Below are positions 23,017-35,484 of a stretch of 64,000 nucleotides of DNA, piece after piece. The stretch covers positions 1 to 64,000 of the forward strand of contig DF237041.1 in assembly GCA_000708835.1 (NCBI GenBank), written 5' to 3'. A model generated the notes under the pieces. It saw only the letters and a list, made by a program, of their open reading frames with translations, searched no databases and was not told the DNA's origin. Each line of letters begins with the position of its first letter. Positions within the stretch are counted from its first letter, which is position 1. The translations under genes and the position numbers were made by a program. This DNA comes from Klebsormidium nitens (Eukaryota > Plantae > Klebsormidiophyceae).

Positions 23017-26000
23017 TCAGGTAATCTCTTCAAGTTCTGCCGGGGGTTTGAAGAACCGGCTGTTCGGATCGCCGACCGGGTTGTCCGGGTACGTCTGCAG
23101 CCAGCTTGCAAACTCCTTGAACCGGTCGTTCTTCTGCTCCCGGGTAAAGTCCCGGAACTCCGGCGGAACGGTCTCTTCCGGCGGCAGGCCGCTGCCCTCC
23201 AGAGCCATCGCCTGGACCGTCTCGCACCGGTGCTTGCGAAGCAGCTCGTACCTGCACCGGCGTCAGGCCACAGAAGTTCTAGGCTGAAAACGTGTCACTG
23301 GCTTTGTGATCTTTATGATACTGTTCTTAAAAGGGTGTCACTAGCTTGATGGATCTTTGACTTAAAAAAGTGACACTGGCTTTGTGCTTCGTATGACTAC
23401 CAACTTCCTAGTCAACGAACTTGACTAGGAATCGAGTTTGCGATTGACGAAACGAAATGGGCACTGCGGTTTGAGTTCGGTGACCAACCCCAAGTGCAAG
23501 AGCGCTAAGTTCGTTCCGATGGACGGACGAAACAAAGCAGACAAAGAAGGTGCTGCTTGGGCCTTGACAGGCTTTTCGAACTGTCAAGGTTTGCGCCGAT
23601 CATAAATCATCTCCGCCCCTCATCTCAGTTCCTTCTTTAGACGCGTCCTCCAGAAATGAAGATACGAACAGACGGCGACTCAGGCGACCTTGACTACGAA
23701 ATAACCGTGGGCCCGTTGAGTGATCCAAGTGCAAGCTTCCGAAAACACATATTTCTAGTACTGTCCAAATACCCGAGGGTGACAGGAAACATGCTACCAG
23801 GAAGAGTTTTCAGGCTGCAAGTCCCCCGTTCATGACAAAGACGGTCGATGAGTCCGGTTGATTAGCGAATGGATTTCGGAGCGCGTGATGTGCTTCTCAA
23901 TAAAATGGGCTGAATAGCTGGGAAGGCAGGGTTGCCAGAAGCTCGGTGTCAGATCACAGAAGAGACCGGCAATCGCCCGCCCAATCAGTTTGGCAAGCGG
24001 ACGTGCTTTCTGAAAGCACAACCCCTGTACTCTCCCAGACGGACCCTCACAACCGCCTGGCTCAGGCTGCTGACGTCACCTTTTGAGCGCCCGCCCCACG
24101 GCCGCGCGGTCGAGCGCGGCCGCGCCCTCGTCAACTAGAGCGAGGCACAGCTGGTGCGCGTCCTCGAACGCCTGCCGGGCGCCTTCGCCGGGCCCGGGGT
24201 GCATCGCGTGAGCAGCTGCAAACAGAAAAAAGGTGGTCGGTGGATCGTTCCGAGCGCCGACTAAACGACAGACGTTCCGAAAACTAGACGTTCAGAAACG
24301 TCTCTTCGCCGCCTTACGGGGTGCGAAGTGAGGTGCGCTCGTTGTGACGGCAGCAGGAGGCCGAGTGACTGACGTCAGCATCGGCACAGACTTTGTTGTT
24401 CGCTAAGGCTGGGGCTGGCAAGCGCAGGCATTCGCTACACACTTTGGTGGTGGGGTATTCCCAAAGAGAAGGAAAACCGCGCCGGCTTAATCTGGACTCC
24501 TGTTTGGGAACTCTGCCACTGTTTAGATTGGGAGAGCAGTCAGCGTTCGAGTTTGCTAAGACTTTTTGAAACCATTCTAAAAAGCTTGAGAGCATTTTTC
24601 AGTTATCTCACCGTCTCCAAGAAGCACCAATCGGTCGTCCGCGTCTAGCCACGTGTCGATCGGTCCGTTGGCCATCAGCCGGCGCTCGAAGATGTCCGCC
24701 TCCGGCGTCGACTCGATGGCGGATCGGACGGCATCGTAACTACGATGGAAGAAAGCAAGGAAGCTTTTGTGGATAGTTGAGACTTTGAACGCGCATTGCG
24801 CTTCCGGTTCGAGAGACCGAACATAACAGGCTGTTGGATCGGCAGAAGTCTGACCATCTCAAATTCCGTCTCCCTGCTTTGAGAGCAGAAAACTTTGCCG
24901 TCACACGGTGACCCGACACGAGAACAGCTTGACTATTTTGCACGAGGGTAAGTAGATACACTCTCAGCCAGCGGAAGGCTGCGCTGCCTCGTCCAAGCTT
25001 GGTCTTCACACGGCGTCTTGACCTTACTCTGATAGCCCTAAATCGCATCAACGGTAGATTGCACTAAGATGGGCACCCGGAGGACGGACTGGGTTAGTCC
25101 GCGTTAGGGTGGGTGCGGGTGTGGAGCGCGTCACGCTTTCAGATAGACGATTTGTATTCAGGTGCCCGGAACCCTAAAACCTTAAAAATAACAGTTACTC
25201 ACGCCTCCCCCAGTTCTTCGAGATGCTCCAGCGCGCGCTGCTTGGCGCCCGGTTTCCCGAGCCCCCCCCACGTGGGCCCGAGGCTGTCCGCGAGCCGGCA
25301 GTCCGTATCCCGCACGCGGACCTGCCAGAAGCTGTAGCCGTGGCCTGGAAACAACGCTAGACTCAAATCCGGTTGGCGGTCCGAATAGCCGGTTATTCAA
25401 GCCCCCGCCAAACTTGCCAAAAGTAGCTAATGAACGGGTTCAAACGCCAGGTTGAGATCTGGTTCTGTACATGGTTTAGAGTCCAAGGTCTGCCGAAACG
25501 AGTTGCGAAAGTCGCGTACTCCAAAAGCGAGTTTAGTCAACTAGAAGCGCATTAAGCCCTCTTCATACGTACTTTTTCAGACCGGTCAAGTGCCAGGGGA
25601 AGATTTGCCAGGAGCAGTACGAACGCTTGTGGATTCACAGAGAGGATGGGGGAAAGCACAGCAGAACGCAGGCGGCGAATGGAATTCCCTTTCAAACCCC
25701 AGCTTTAAACGACGTCTTGCATGTTTGCTGCTTCTCCTGATGTTTATAAAATGAACGCAACAATGCGATACTAGGCCGTGCACTCAAAAAAGTAAGACTT
25801 TGATCACCAGTAGGGAAAGCGGAAGGAACAGAGAAGCTCGAAGTCAGGCACTGCGCCAAGAACGTGGGGGAAAACGCGCACCCGCGTCCGCTTTGAACGT
25901 GATGAGGCCCGTGACGTCATCTTCCGTCCGGTGCAGGGTGTCTTTGCTGAGGCCCGGAACGAACTCTCTCGGAACCACCGCGTTCCAATTCAGATGGCGC

Positions 26001-29000
26001 ACGTAGCGCGGGGCGTCGCCTGCAGACAATGAAACGTAGGGATCGTTGGAACACGTTCAGACGGATGATTAGTTTCGCACGGTAGGTTTGGAAACATTAA
26101 AGAAGAGAACCGCTCCTCACAACAGAATGACCCACATTTGGACGATGAATCAAAACCGGCCGATTCCTGTTCAGCTCGAACTTAAGATCCTTCAAGTCGT
26201 TTAGATCTGCAACTAGATGGATTCAGTCTGCTGACTCGAATCAAACTTTAACTGCTGAAACCTTCAACTCGATTGCAAGTTTCTTTCTCGATCAAAGTTA
26301 TCGCACTATTTGATTCACGTTGCCCTCATGTTCTGTCCGTCAGAAGAAGAGCTTCAGCTTCAATTAGCTTGAATCAAAAGATTCGTTCTACATCCGGCCT
26401 GTTTGCCTTTCACACTTCGCTGGGTTTGTCGCCAAAAAGCAGGGTCCCCAATGGATGAGAAAAGCAACGCAAAGATTGTCGAGACCACCCATGCAGACAC
26501 TCTTTCTGTAACATACGCCGTTTGTCAATGCGAAACGGGGTCGTTCAGTTTGATAAAACTCAAGAAAGGTAGACATAAGCCAAGTTAATTCTAAGCTCCG
26601 ACTAACGCTAAAAACCCGAACCCAAGAAGATAGCTGCTCCGCACCCATACCCACCCTAACCACCAAACTAACCCTACCCGTCCCAGTGCGGTTAACTTAC
26701 TGTTATCTCGGCTTATTAAAACATTTCTTGAGTTCGATGTTCAGTCGCCACTAACCGGCCAGGATTCTCCGGACGGCAGATCGAATGCCGTCCGCGCCGA
26801 CTAAGAGCTTGGCCCGGACCGTCCGCTGTCCACATGCCGCCTGCTCGTTCCGGTGCGTGTAGTGATGCTCTGCTGACGCGCCCACTACATCGAAGACGGC
26901 ATTCACACCCTCCTGTCAAGTAAAACGTATATTTGTGTTTCATTTTCTATTTCAAGCCTTGCGATCGTCAAGGTCCTCTTCTTTTTATTTTGTGTTTCTC
27001 AGTCTTCGAAAAGTTGGTGAACCGAGACCTTATGTCCTCTGAAGACACCGAGAAAAGAAAGGGAAACGAAACCGCAGCTCTGGCCGTACCGAAAGGACCG
27101 CGCGCGCCTCCAAATCGTGTTTCTTGCTATGAAGGTGGCTCGGCTTGAATCCTTTCATGGCCGGAAACAACCGACGCTGTCTCCACGATCTTTCGATCTT
27201 AATAGCAAGTCATTGAAAGCGTGGAGGAGCGGCTTCTGCCGAGGTGCCCTCGTGGGCCCTTAAATTGGCAGCCCAAATTTACTCAAGTCCCTTGCCTTTC
27301 AAAACGGAAACTTCGGAAAGGCCTCGAGCCTCCCTTCCAGCTGGTCATGAGCGTTTAGCGACACACCCAATGATGCACCAACACGCACAGACGTGATTAC
27401 ACTCAGTCTTCTTAAGCATCATGTCAGAACCTTTGCAAGAAACTTCTTATGGGGCAGTCAACCTACAAGTGCCAAGCGCCAAAAGTGCAGAAGATGAGTG
27501 CTCACGTTACGCACTCATAAGCGGGCAGGTAGACCTCAATTCACACGCCCTCAGGCTCTGATCCTCTCATAAGCTCTCACCTCTACGGACTCATATGTGC
27601 TAAGCCAATCCTCTCATAAGCCCTCACCTCTACGGATTCATAAGCGCTCAGCCGAAGACCACAGTGCACACGCCCTCAGGCTCTGTCCTCTCATAAGCGC
27701 TCACCTCCACGGACTCATAAGCGCTCAGCCGAAGACCGCAGTGCACACGCTCCGGGGGCACCAACGTCGCCAGTATGTTCTGAACGCTCTGCCAGCGGAC
27801 GACCATGACTCCCGTGGCTCCCATGTCTTTGGCCTCCTTCGTCTCCACGACTTCCCCGTTCCGCAACCGGTAAAAGACCATCTCCTTTGAAACGCTCCCC
27901 ACGTCCCGGATTGCTTGGTGTAACCCGGGTTTCAAACCGTCCAGTGCGGTATTTGCTGTAGGGGCCGAGAAAAAGTTTATGTTCTCCCAAAATGTGGAGT
28001 GCGAATGAGCTAACATGGAGGTCACACGGGCATGCACAAAAGGCTACAAAAGGCTGCAAAAGAATTTAGTGGTGAACGATAGGCTGACAAGACTGAGTCC
28101 AGAATGGAAGAAGAGCAGAAGTTCTAGAGTCGTACGGAGCTAGGCTTAAAACATTCTTGATTGAGGCCGGCAAAAAGAGATTCGCGAACATCTTTGCGCA
28201 GAGAAGTGTTAATGATTGACATCCGATCAAGTGTCTGACTTTGGCGTAGGGCTCATCATACTGTTAGTCAAGCCTAGCCGCTGGTGCCAGTAGATCTACT
28301 TCACGCAAGAGAAACATGTTGACATTTCTGGTTTACAGACAGGGCAATATCTAAGTATGCCCGAAGAATTCGTTGCAGTCATTCAAAGACCCCTGAGCTT
28401 AATGGAATCTCCTGAGATTGTAAGAAGCCAGGCTTTCTGACATTGTTCGGTCTGCAAGCATCAGTCCTAGCTCAGGTATGAGCCTGAACGGGTCAATGTC
28501 CCAGTGCCTAAGAGACGTAAGAGGACATGGTTCAAAGACGCCGAGCTACTGTACTTTGAGCTCAGCAGAATGGTCGGTGGAGCCCCAATTTTATGCATCA
28601 GTAAGTCATCGTGGCGCTCAATATCTGTTGGTCGGCGCTTGAGGCAAACGAACTGCAGTTGGTCACGAGTTTTTGAGCCAGCGAATAAAGGTCCATCAAG
28701 CCAGCTCATAATCTCCATCAAAGCATTATCAATGTGTATCTGAAGCTAGGTTAGAGGGAGCCAAGGCCTGTGAATGCGAGGGGAGCAGAGCCGCCAGCGA
28801 GAGACTTGCCAAAGTTAGGACAATCAGGCACCGCATTCAGTTCTGAGAATTGTCCGCTTGTGACCAGTTTGATTGATCGAAACTGTAGGCAGGCAGCCAG
28901 TACCGTGCTCTTCTGGTACCTGAGAACGCTTCATTGATGGTGAGCAATGTTTCGATGAGGCTTTCTGCACAATTTCTACGGACTGAAGCATTGACGTTGC

Positions 29001-29451
29001 ATGCAACTGCTGACAGCAGATCACTTACGTCAGGCTCTCACCCACCAAAAGGTCCATGGCATTAGACGCTCAAACCGAACATTGATGAGGTCCCCAAGAG
29101 AGTGGAAGGCGAGTGATTACAGGACTTAAAACCCTTCAAAGTGGCGCGTATCTTTAATCGTGTCCCGCGCACATCGCAGCCGTAAGCACAAAACAATGAC
29201 TTGAAACTGCAGATCAAGCAAAGCAGACTAGAGCAAGCACCCCATCACCTACCATTGGCTGCGAGGCCTATGATCGTCCCTGAGCCTGTCCTGAGCTCCT
29301 GGGCCGCTTCAAAGACGTGCACGTCGAAGCCCCGTTCCAGCAGGCCCACCGCCAAAGCTAGCCCACCCAGACCGCCGCCGGCGATTGCAATGCCCACCTC
29401 AGAAGGGGGCGGGGCTTTCTGGTCTGCGTCAGTCTTGGCCGGGGCAGCCAT
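23017..29451 (-). CDS. FAD-dependent monooxygenase (FAD_binding_3; salicylate hydroxylase/zeaxanthin epoxidase-like superfamily), 461 aa
   Basis: complement(join(23017..23251,24080..24215,24612..24739,25203..25344,25882..26019,26756..26912,27705..27955,29253..29451)); frame consistent. All three flavoprotein fingerprints are present: IAGGGLGG, LLVGADGIRSAVR, LLGDAAHAMHPGPGEGARQAFEDA. Confidence 0.9.
23293..23390. repeat. Degenerate ~40-45-bp-period intronic repeat
   Basis: gtgtcactggctttgtg / gtgtcactagcttgatg / gtgacactggctttgtg in the last intron of the monooxygenase. Confidence 0.7.
25364..25410 (+). repeat. Inverted diverged copy of part of the monooxygenase last exon
   Basis: aatccggttggcggtccgaatagccggttattcaagcccccgcc on + (NPVGGPNSRLFKPP) versus aacccggtcggcgatccgaacagccggttcttcaaacccccggc (NPVGDPNSRFFKPP) on - at ~23040-23083. 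Confidence 0.8.
26557..26734. mobile_element. Short TIR element (MITE-like) with telomere-like core, copy 1
   Basis: Ends aactcaagaaa...tttcttgagtt are inverted. The interior taagctccgactaac.ctaaaaaccc.aaccc..gctccgcaccc.tacccaccctaaccaccaaactaaccctacccgtcccagtgcggtta is shared with 29922-30094. Confidence 0.75.
27490..27760 (-). repeat. Tandem copies of the exon 3' end and donor of monooxygenase exon 2
   Basis: On the - strand: (gct)tatga(g/a)tccgt(g/a)gag|GTGAG with GT at 27704 (real), 27627 and 27580, plus a decayed gagtgcgtaac|GTGAGC at 27505. Confidence 0.92.
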
Positions 29452-29921
29452 TTTTGCGCTCGTCTTAATTTCAAGTTGCCGCCAGCTTGCTGACAGGGCT
29501 TTTTGGGGCAGGAGAAAATAATAATGGCGGCGAAGCCTACTGGTGTCAAAATGGATAGCCAACTTTGTAGACAGATTGGAGAAATTGTCCAGTTCGAAAG
29601 TTGAGAGGCACTCTTTTCGGCGTGTAAATGCAGCTCATGAGCTGCAGGTAGGGAGACTAGATAAAAGCTTCAAGTTCTAGCCCTGATCCTCAATTCCCTG
29701 GTACAGAGTGTGCAATTGCAGGTGCGTCTTCTGGCGGGGACAGTGCTGCAGTCACGTCCTCCATTGCATGCACAGATAGAAAATAGAATGTGCACTCTTT
29801 CCTTCATACCTACCTTTTCACCTCGTTGAAGTTACTAGCGGCCAGTAGTCCTGGTACTTACGTAGTGAGCTGGCAAAAGCCGTTTGATTAGCAAGGTTCA
29901 TGGAAGTGCTTGGTGATAATT

Positions 29922-30094
29922 CTCAGGAAAGAGAATAATAAGCCAAAATAATAATAAGCTCCGACTAACACTAAAAACCCTAACCCAAAAAGATACATGC
30001 TCCGCACCCGTACCCACCCTAACCACCAAACTAACCCTACCCGTCCCAGTGCGGTTACCTTATTATTATTTGGCTTATTATTATCTTTCTTGAG
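29922..30094. mobile_element. Short TIR element (MITE-like) with telomere-like core, copy 2
   Basis: Imperfect ~36-bp TIR ctcaggaaagagaataataagccaaaataataataag / cttattattatttggcttattattatctttcttgag. Interior nearly identical to 26557-26734. A partial inverted core also lies at ~25081-25135. Confidence 0.78.
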
Positions 30095-30759
30095 TTCAAT
30101 TGCTTAGTGCAATGGTCATCACTGGTCGGGGGATCCCTCGGCCGCCAGAAGGACACCCGTTGCTTGACCGGCGAGCAAGCACCTGCATACTCATGATACT
30201 CATATCACAGGTGTGGCCCCACTCACAGCCAAGAGATACAAGGGAAAAGTCTAAAAGAAGAGAGAAAAGGAGAAAAGAGAGAAGAAAAGAGGAAAAAGGA
30301 CGATATAAGAGAGAGTGTTCGGCAGAGAATTGGTTGGGAAGGGGTCGGAGGGCGCGCAAGGGGATCGCTTCTCGCCAAGCACCGACATGCAGCCGTACGC
30401 GTGCTTTCATCGACGGACCTGAACCGGGGCACGTGAACCGAGCCAATCACAGTAGCGCACCCCTTTGACATCCATTGACCAAATTCAGTCAGACCAAATA
30501 AGTTGAGGCTTCTCTATCAGCTAGCTAGCCCCTCTACGAGCAGGAGGTCTGAATCAAATCACAGCTTGACACGCCGGGACATCTAGAGAGTATCGAACCG
30601 GGAACGTCCTCTAGTAACTGCAAGTCGGGACTGGCCACCAGGGCTCCCGGGGCTGTCTCCTATACTACTCCCGGGCACGACCGGACGATAAGGCGGACCC
30701 CTTATGCATAACAGGCCCCCAACTCGCCCAGGCAAAAACAAGGCAATATTATTGCCAAA

Positions 30760-31133
30760 NNNNNNNNNNNNNNNNNNNNNNNNNNNNNNNNNNNNNNNNN
30801 NNNNNNNNNNNNNNNNNNNNNNNNNNNNNNNNNNNNNNNNNNNNNNNNNNNNNNNNNNNNNNNNNNNNNNNNNNNNNNNNNNNNNNNNNNNNNNNNNNNN
30901 NNNNNNNNNNNNNNNNNNNNNNNNNNNNNNNNNNNNNNNNNNNNNNNNNNNNNNNNNNNNNNNNNNNNNNNNNNNNNNNNNNNNNNNNNNNNNNNNNNNN
31001 NNNNNNNNNNNNNNNNNNNNNNNNNNNNNNNNNNNNNNNNNNNNNNNNNNNNNNNNNNNNNNNNNNNNNNNNNNNNNNNNNNNNNNNNNNNNNNNNNNNN
31101 NNNNNNNNNNNNNNNNNNNNNNNNNNNNNNNNN
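30760..31133. other. Assembly gap (N run)
   Basis: 374 consecutive N. Confidence 1.
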
Positions 31134-31331
31134 CAAGAATCCGAATGCCTTATGTTCCCACTAGGAAGGGGATTTTGACGCCGAATTTGGCCGTTTTGCG
31201 GGCTTCCGAGGACCATTTCAGAAATAATTAATCTTTCCGAATTCCCACTTTCCGAATGCGAAATCCGAATTTCTGACTTTCCGAATGCATTTAATTATAT
31301 ATTTATTCGGAATCATTACCTTGGACTATGG
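31134..31331. mobile_element. Right part of a MITE related to 43754-44074 (left end probably in the gap)
   Basis: Ends ttattcggaatcattaccttggactatgg|ta, similar to taatcggaatcataccttggtcgtacgg|ta. Shares the internal (actt)tccgaat(g) subrepeats. Confidence 0.7.
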
Positions 31332-32882
31332 TACCCTGGTACGGTATCTGCCTGATTTTGCCCCGTATACGGTACCAACTGGCAACAGGTCTACGCGCGG
31401 TATTCCGCGTTTCAATTAGCTAGCCGCAGTTTAAAGCTAGGCCCTTATGGATGTTAAAGGATGATCAACCCAAATGGCAATATACAAGTGAATTTGACGA
31501 TAATTTCAAAGCAGTACTCTCTGCCCGGGCGTGGTTTAGCGTTAAAAGACGATATCAGGATTATCGAACGGCCCCCAGATGGCCGTTCGATACAGTGTTT
31601 GATTCAGTGTGACCGTCCGATCCCCAGATAGTCGAGAAGTGACGAACAAATGACGTTGCATCAAATTCTATTTCCGGCGACTCGGACCCCGGTCTATGAT
31701 CGACACGTGGTCTTTTTGACACGCGGCCCAATCAAATTGCCGGATTTAATGTCATGTCCAGGCGGACCGCAGACCCGCTCCGATGGCCGAAACGCTGTCA
31801 CAGCCGTCCGATCTTCAGCTAATGAAGCCAGTCTAAGAGTGCAATTTGGGCTTTAGCTGTTAGCACCTAGGACCTGCCACGTGATCAAGACCTCTGGTAT
31901 GAAATTTGACGGAGCGATCTGCACCGTCCAATCCGTTAACGTCAACAAGATGGACGCTGGTGACAGCAAAGAGGCTTGTCCCCCAGCTATTTCTCAGATC
32001 TGCAGTTCGCGTGTGTCGCATACTGAGTGGGACCGAATACTGCGAAACCGGCATGCATGGGCGTTGATTTCGACCCGACCTTGATGTCATACTCACGTCA
32101 TACTTTCGGCACTCATGCCGGCGCGGTTAATTCTGCCGTTCATAACCAGTCGATCCCCGGCTGTGACTTCTGATCGAAGCAACCCTGTAGACTATGGGTA
32201 GGAGGCCCCCTTCCTCCCCTCCCGTTGACGCGATTAGTGTTCAGTCGTAGCAATACATCGAAAGTAGACATCTAGATGCGAAGATGCAAAGTTGATAGAT
32301 AATTTCATGTATTGACGCTGTTGCTAATGCTAGGAATTGATCGCTTGATCGTTTAAGGTGAGGATCCGTAGGTAAATCCGTCCATCACAATGTACACTTT
32401 TTCTTTGCCCTCTGGGTAGTATACCGAAAGAAACCATCCACTCAATCCACATACGGTAATCATTGTGCAAGCCTATTTCTGAATTGACCTGATCCTTACC
32501 CATTGTTGATGGTCAGTGACTAGCTTCCTTTTATACACGCTTAGGCACCTGAGGCGGCCCATGGCTCAGAACCAAGCTATTCGGAGTTCGGGCTTCATCA
32601 AAAATGTTACTCAGCTAGTTACCAAGCAGTTGATTCGAGAGACAGAGCCGGACCAAGTTTTGAATTGGCTTTCTTTAAGTTTTCTTTACCCGGTGTTTAT
32701 GGTGACCATAAACACACGCGGGATACGAATACTTTGTGTCTAGTAGTGCTTTCCAAACGCAGTTTATGCTTGATTGAAAAGACGCTATGCGTCCCCAGCC
32801 GCCCGGCCGCGCTCGTGCACAACCCACGACGAAATTACCATGGCCCAGCCGGGCCCTGCAATTTCGACGCATGGTTGAAATG

Positions 32883-33013
32883 TGCCGCCAATCGGTTGAT
32901 GGTAACTTCCAATTTATTAACGCCCTTAGCCGCCATGGCCGTGGAGCACGGTCTCCGGCAGACCCGGGATAGTTTGTTGACTCTGCAGCTTGCTACGGTT
33001 GCAAGTCATGTCC
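32883..33013 (+). repeat. Dispersed repeat, copy 2 (see 3182-3316)
   Basis: Direct alignment by eye to 3182-3316 with scattered substitutions. Confidence 0.85.
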
Positions 33014-33340
33014 ATGCAAAAACCTAAGAAGCAGACTTCTACGAACTGAACCACCAAACTTTGATTGTAAGTTGAGTTGTATGCAGGTGCGCAACTGATT
33101 GATGGAACCCTAATTACACGCAAGGCTAAACTGCAATGTTCGAAGACTAGAGGCTATTTGGGGACATTCCCCTGAGCTGTATTGGACAATGGACTCTTGT
33201 GAGTGCACATCTTGAGCGGTTCTCTCAATTTGTCCAGCCCATGTCAGTCTATCGCAGTCCGACGCCTTCGTCAAGGGCTCCACCAAACAGTGCACACCTG
33301 TATAGAGATTGGATTCGAAGGGTTTGAAGCGGCCTTTAAA

Positions 33341-33903
33341 CACAGGCTACTTATATGAGGTTGGCGCCTCCGGAGAATTGGAGGGTCGGTCTGTCATTCG
33401 ACCGGTCAATCTCCGGTCAAATGAGAGAGGAGTCCGGTCGCGCGTCCGGTCGGACTTTGAATTATCGAGTCCGAGTCAAATCCTGCGAAAATACTCGTTA
33501 TGTATTTCGAGTCTGCGGCCAAATTTTGAGGGCTGATCATAACGAAAGTTCGCGATTTTTTTGCGGGCTAAACAAGATCTGGAACACTAGACCCTTCCGG
33601 CTTTGAGCACTCTTACATCCCCTCTGCTCAAAGCCGGAAGGGTTTAGTGTTCCAGATCTTGTTTAGCCCGCAAAAACATTGCGAACTTTCGTTATTTTCA
33701 GCCCTCAAAAATTGGCCGCAGACTCGTAGTACATAACGAGTATTTTTGTCGGATTTGACTCGGACTCGATAATTCAAAGTCCGATCGGACGCGCGACAGA
33801 CTCTCCGCCAATCGACCGGAGATTGACCGGAGATTGACCGGTCGAATGACAGACCGACCCTCCAATCGTCCGGAGGTCGCCAACCTCATATAACTAGCCT
33901 GTG
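33341..33903. mobile_element. 563-bp foldback (near-perfect palindrome) element, CAC...GTG termini
   Basis: The left arm cacaggctacttatatgaggttggcg...cccttccggctttgagca (33341-33609) is the reverse complement of the right arm (33625-33903), with a 15-nt loop. Flanked by aaa on both sides. Confidence 0.85.
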
Positions 33904-34120
33904 AAAAACTCCCCATATCTGAAGGAGAAAAAGGTACCACCAAAGACTCTGGCAATCATGCTGCAAGTCCTGAGGAGTTCAGCGATTTGACTTGCAAGCG
34001 TTGCAAAGAACTCAATTGCATAGCCTGTTCAGAACCTTGAACCAATATGCTTGTGATGCATAGTCAGTATAAGGGCCCGAAGCTTCACCTTTTGCGCGAG
34101 TTCGCTAGCATGCAATTTAT

Positions 34121-34182
34121 CTTGGATCAGAACATATCCCAATGCAGAGTGCTTGGATCAGAACATATCCCAATGCAGACGT
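34121..34182. repeat. 31-bp tandem duplication
   Basis: cttggatcagaacatatcccaatgcaga at 34121 and 34152. Confidence 0.9.
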
Positions 34183-35484
34183 GCATGGAGCAACTGTGCA
34201 TTTAGCTTTATTGTGTTCTGAATTCCTCCTTCAACAGCTTTGCATGATTTCAGATTTGCATTCGGATCTGGCAGTGAGCAGAGTGAAGATTTCCTCAAAG
34301 GCAATGGGAAAGTCAAAGAGCAGGCAAGACCAAGGAAAGAAAAAAATTTGACTCCCTTCATGCTTGCAGCCGATGCTCCAGACAGTGCACCCTCAAGCCA
34401 TCCTTAAGCCTTGGGAATGTCCAGGCCCCAAAGCCTCCGCACTCAAGAACCTGCCTGCATCTCTTTGACATAGTATTTGCCTTCAAGGCACCATGCAGCC
34501 CTGATGCTGCTCCTTTGCTGCCCCACCTCAAGCTACGTTTCTTGGAGCGGTGTGCTCTTAACGGTATGAGGGTAGGTGGCATTCGATTGGTGGCAGGATT
34601 TGAGTGTTCAGCGTAGCGCCTCGCTTGCAGTGGCAGCTCCTTGCATCTACGGTATGCTACATAGCAGAGACACGAATGCAGCCAGGCAGCCTGCTTTATA
34701 ATTCAGGGGCTGCTGGTGATGCAGGGTGATGGTTTAACAAAACCTGGCAGCCATGGTAACGGTTCCAGCAAGCGCCCATTACCGCCGTCTATTTGATCGA
34801 TGGCGCATTCAATCAAATTCATTTGTTGATCATGAGCCTGATTCGACCGGATGTGAAAGAATCATGAACGCATGTAATCAGGTCGACCATACTCTCTTGA
34901 GAGTATCAAATCAATCATGAGTATTTAACAAGGTCATGTGACCGGCCTTCAATGTTAGCTGCTTGAAGCGCATATGTATGTATAGTCTAACATGATTGAA
35001 ACCTCATTCAAGCCGGCCTGGTGCGTCAACATGACGAATCAGTCTAACCGCCCAAAGAAAAGCAGTGGGGTAAGTTATGCATGAAACCCTTGCAACGATT
35101 GCGAAATCATACTCCAGTCTGGAATGATCATGCATTCCTTACACAATGTTTAGTGCTTTCCGTGGGCCAAAAAGATGAAAAACTAGCTTGAAGACCTAGT
35201 TCAGGGTCCGGCCGTCCAATAATCATATATGTTACAGGTACGTTTTGAGACAGACCCTACCATACGTAATGGAACTTAATCCGTGTCATGCTGAGTGAAC
35301 CTGGATTACTTCGGCCTATACCTACGCGCCGACGCTAATCGGACAAAACCGGCCAACTCATGCCGATTCTATGGACGAACGATCAACCGTTTTGGTTAGT
35401 ACGGGCAATGCTGCTATAAGAGGGCGCCACAACGCCTCAAAAGCTAGAACCAAGGACTGTGTCACTTTGCAAACCTGATGATCT

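Noticed and set aside
30100-30468. Lys/Arg/Glu-rich ORF
   Set aside because: A by-product of a purine-rich low-complexity tract; no supporting gene structure.
30702-31231. ORFs running through X residues
   Set aside because: Artefacts of the N gap.
31562-31592. Perfect 12-bp hairpin tatcgaacggcc-cccagat-ggccgttcgata
   Set aside because: Real, but isolated; no U-tract, CTRR end or second copy to tie it to a terminator or Helitron end.
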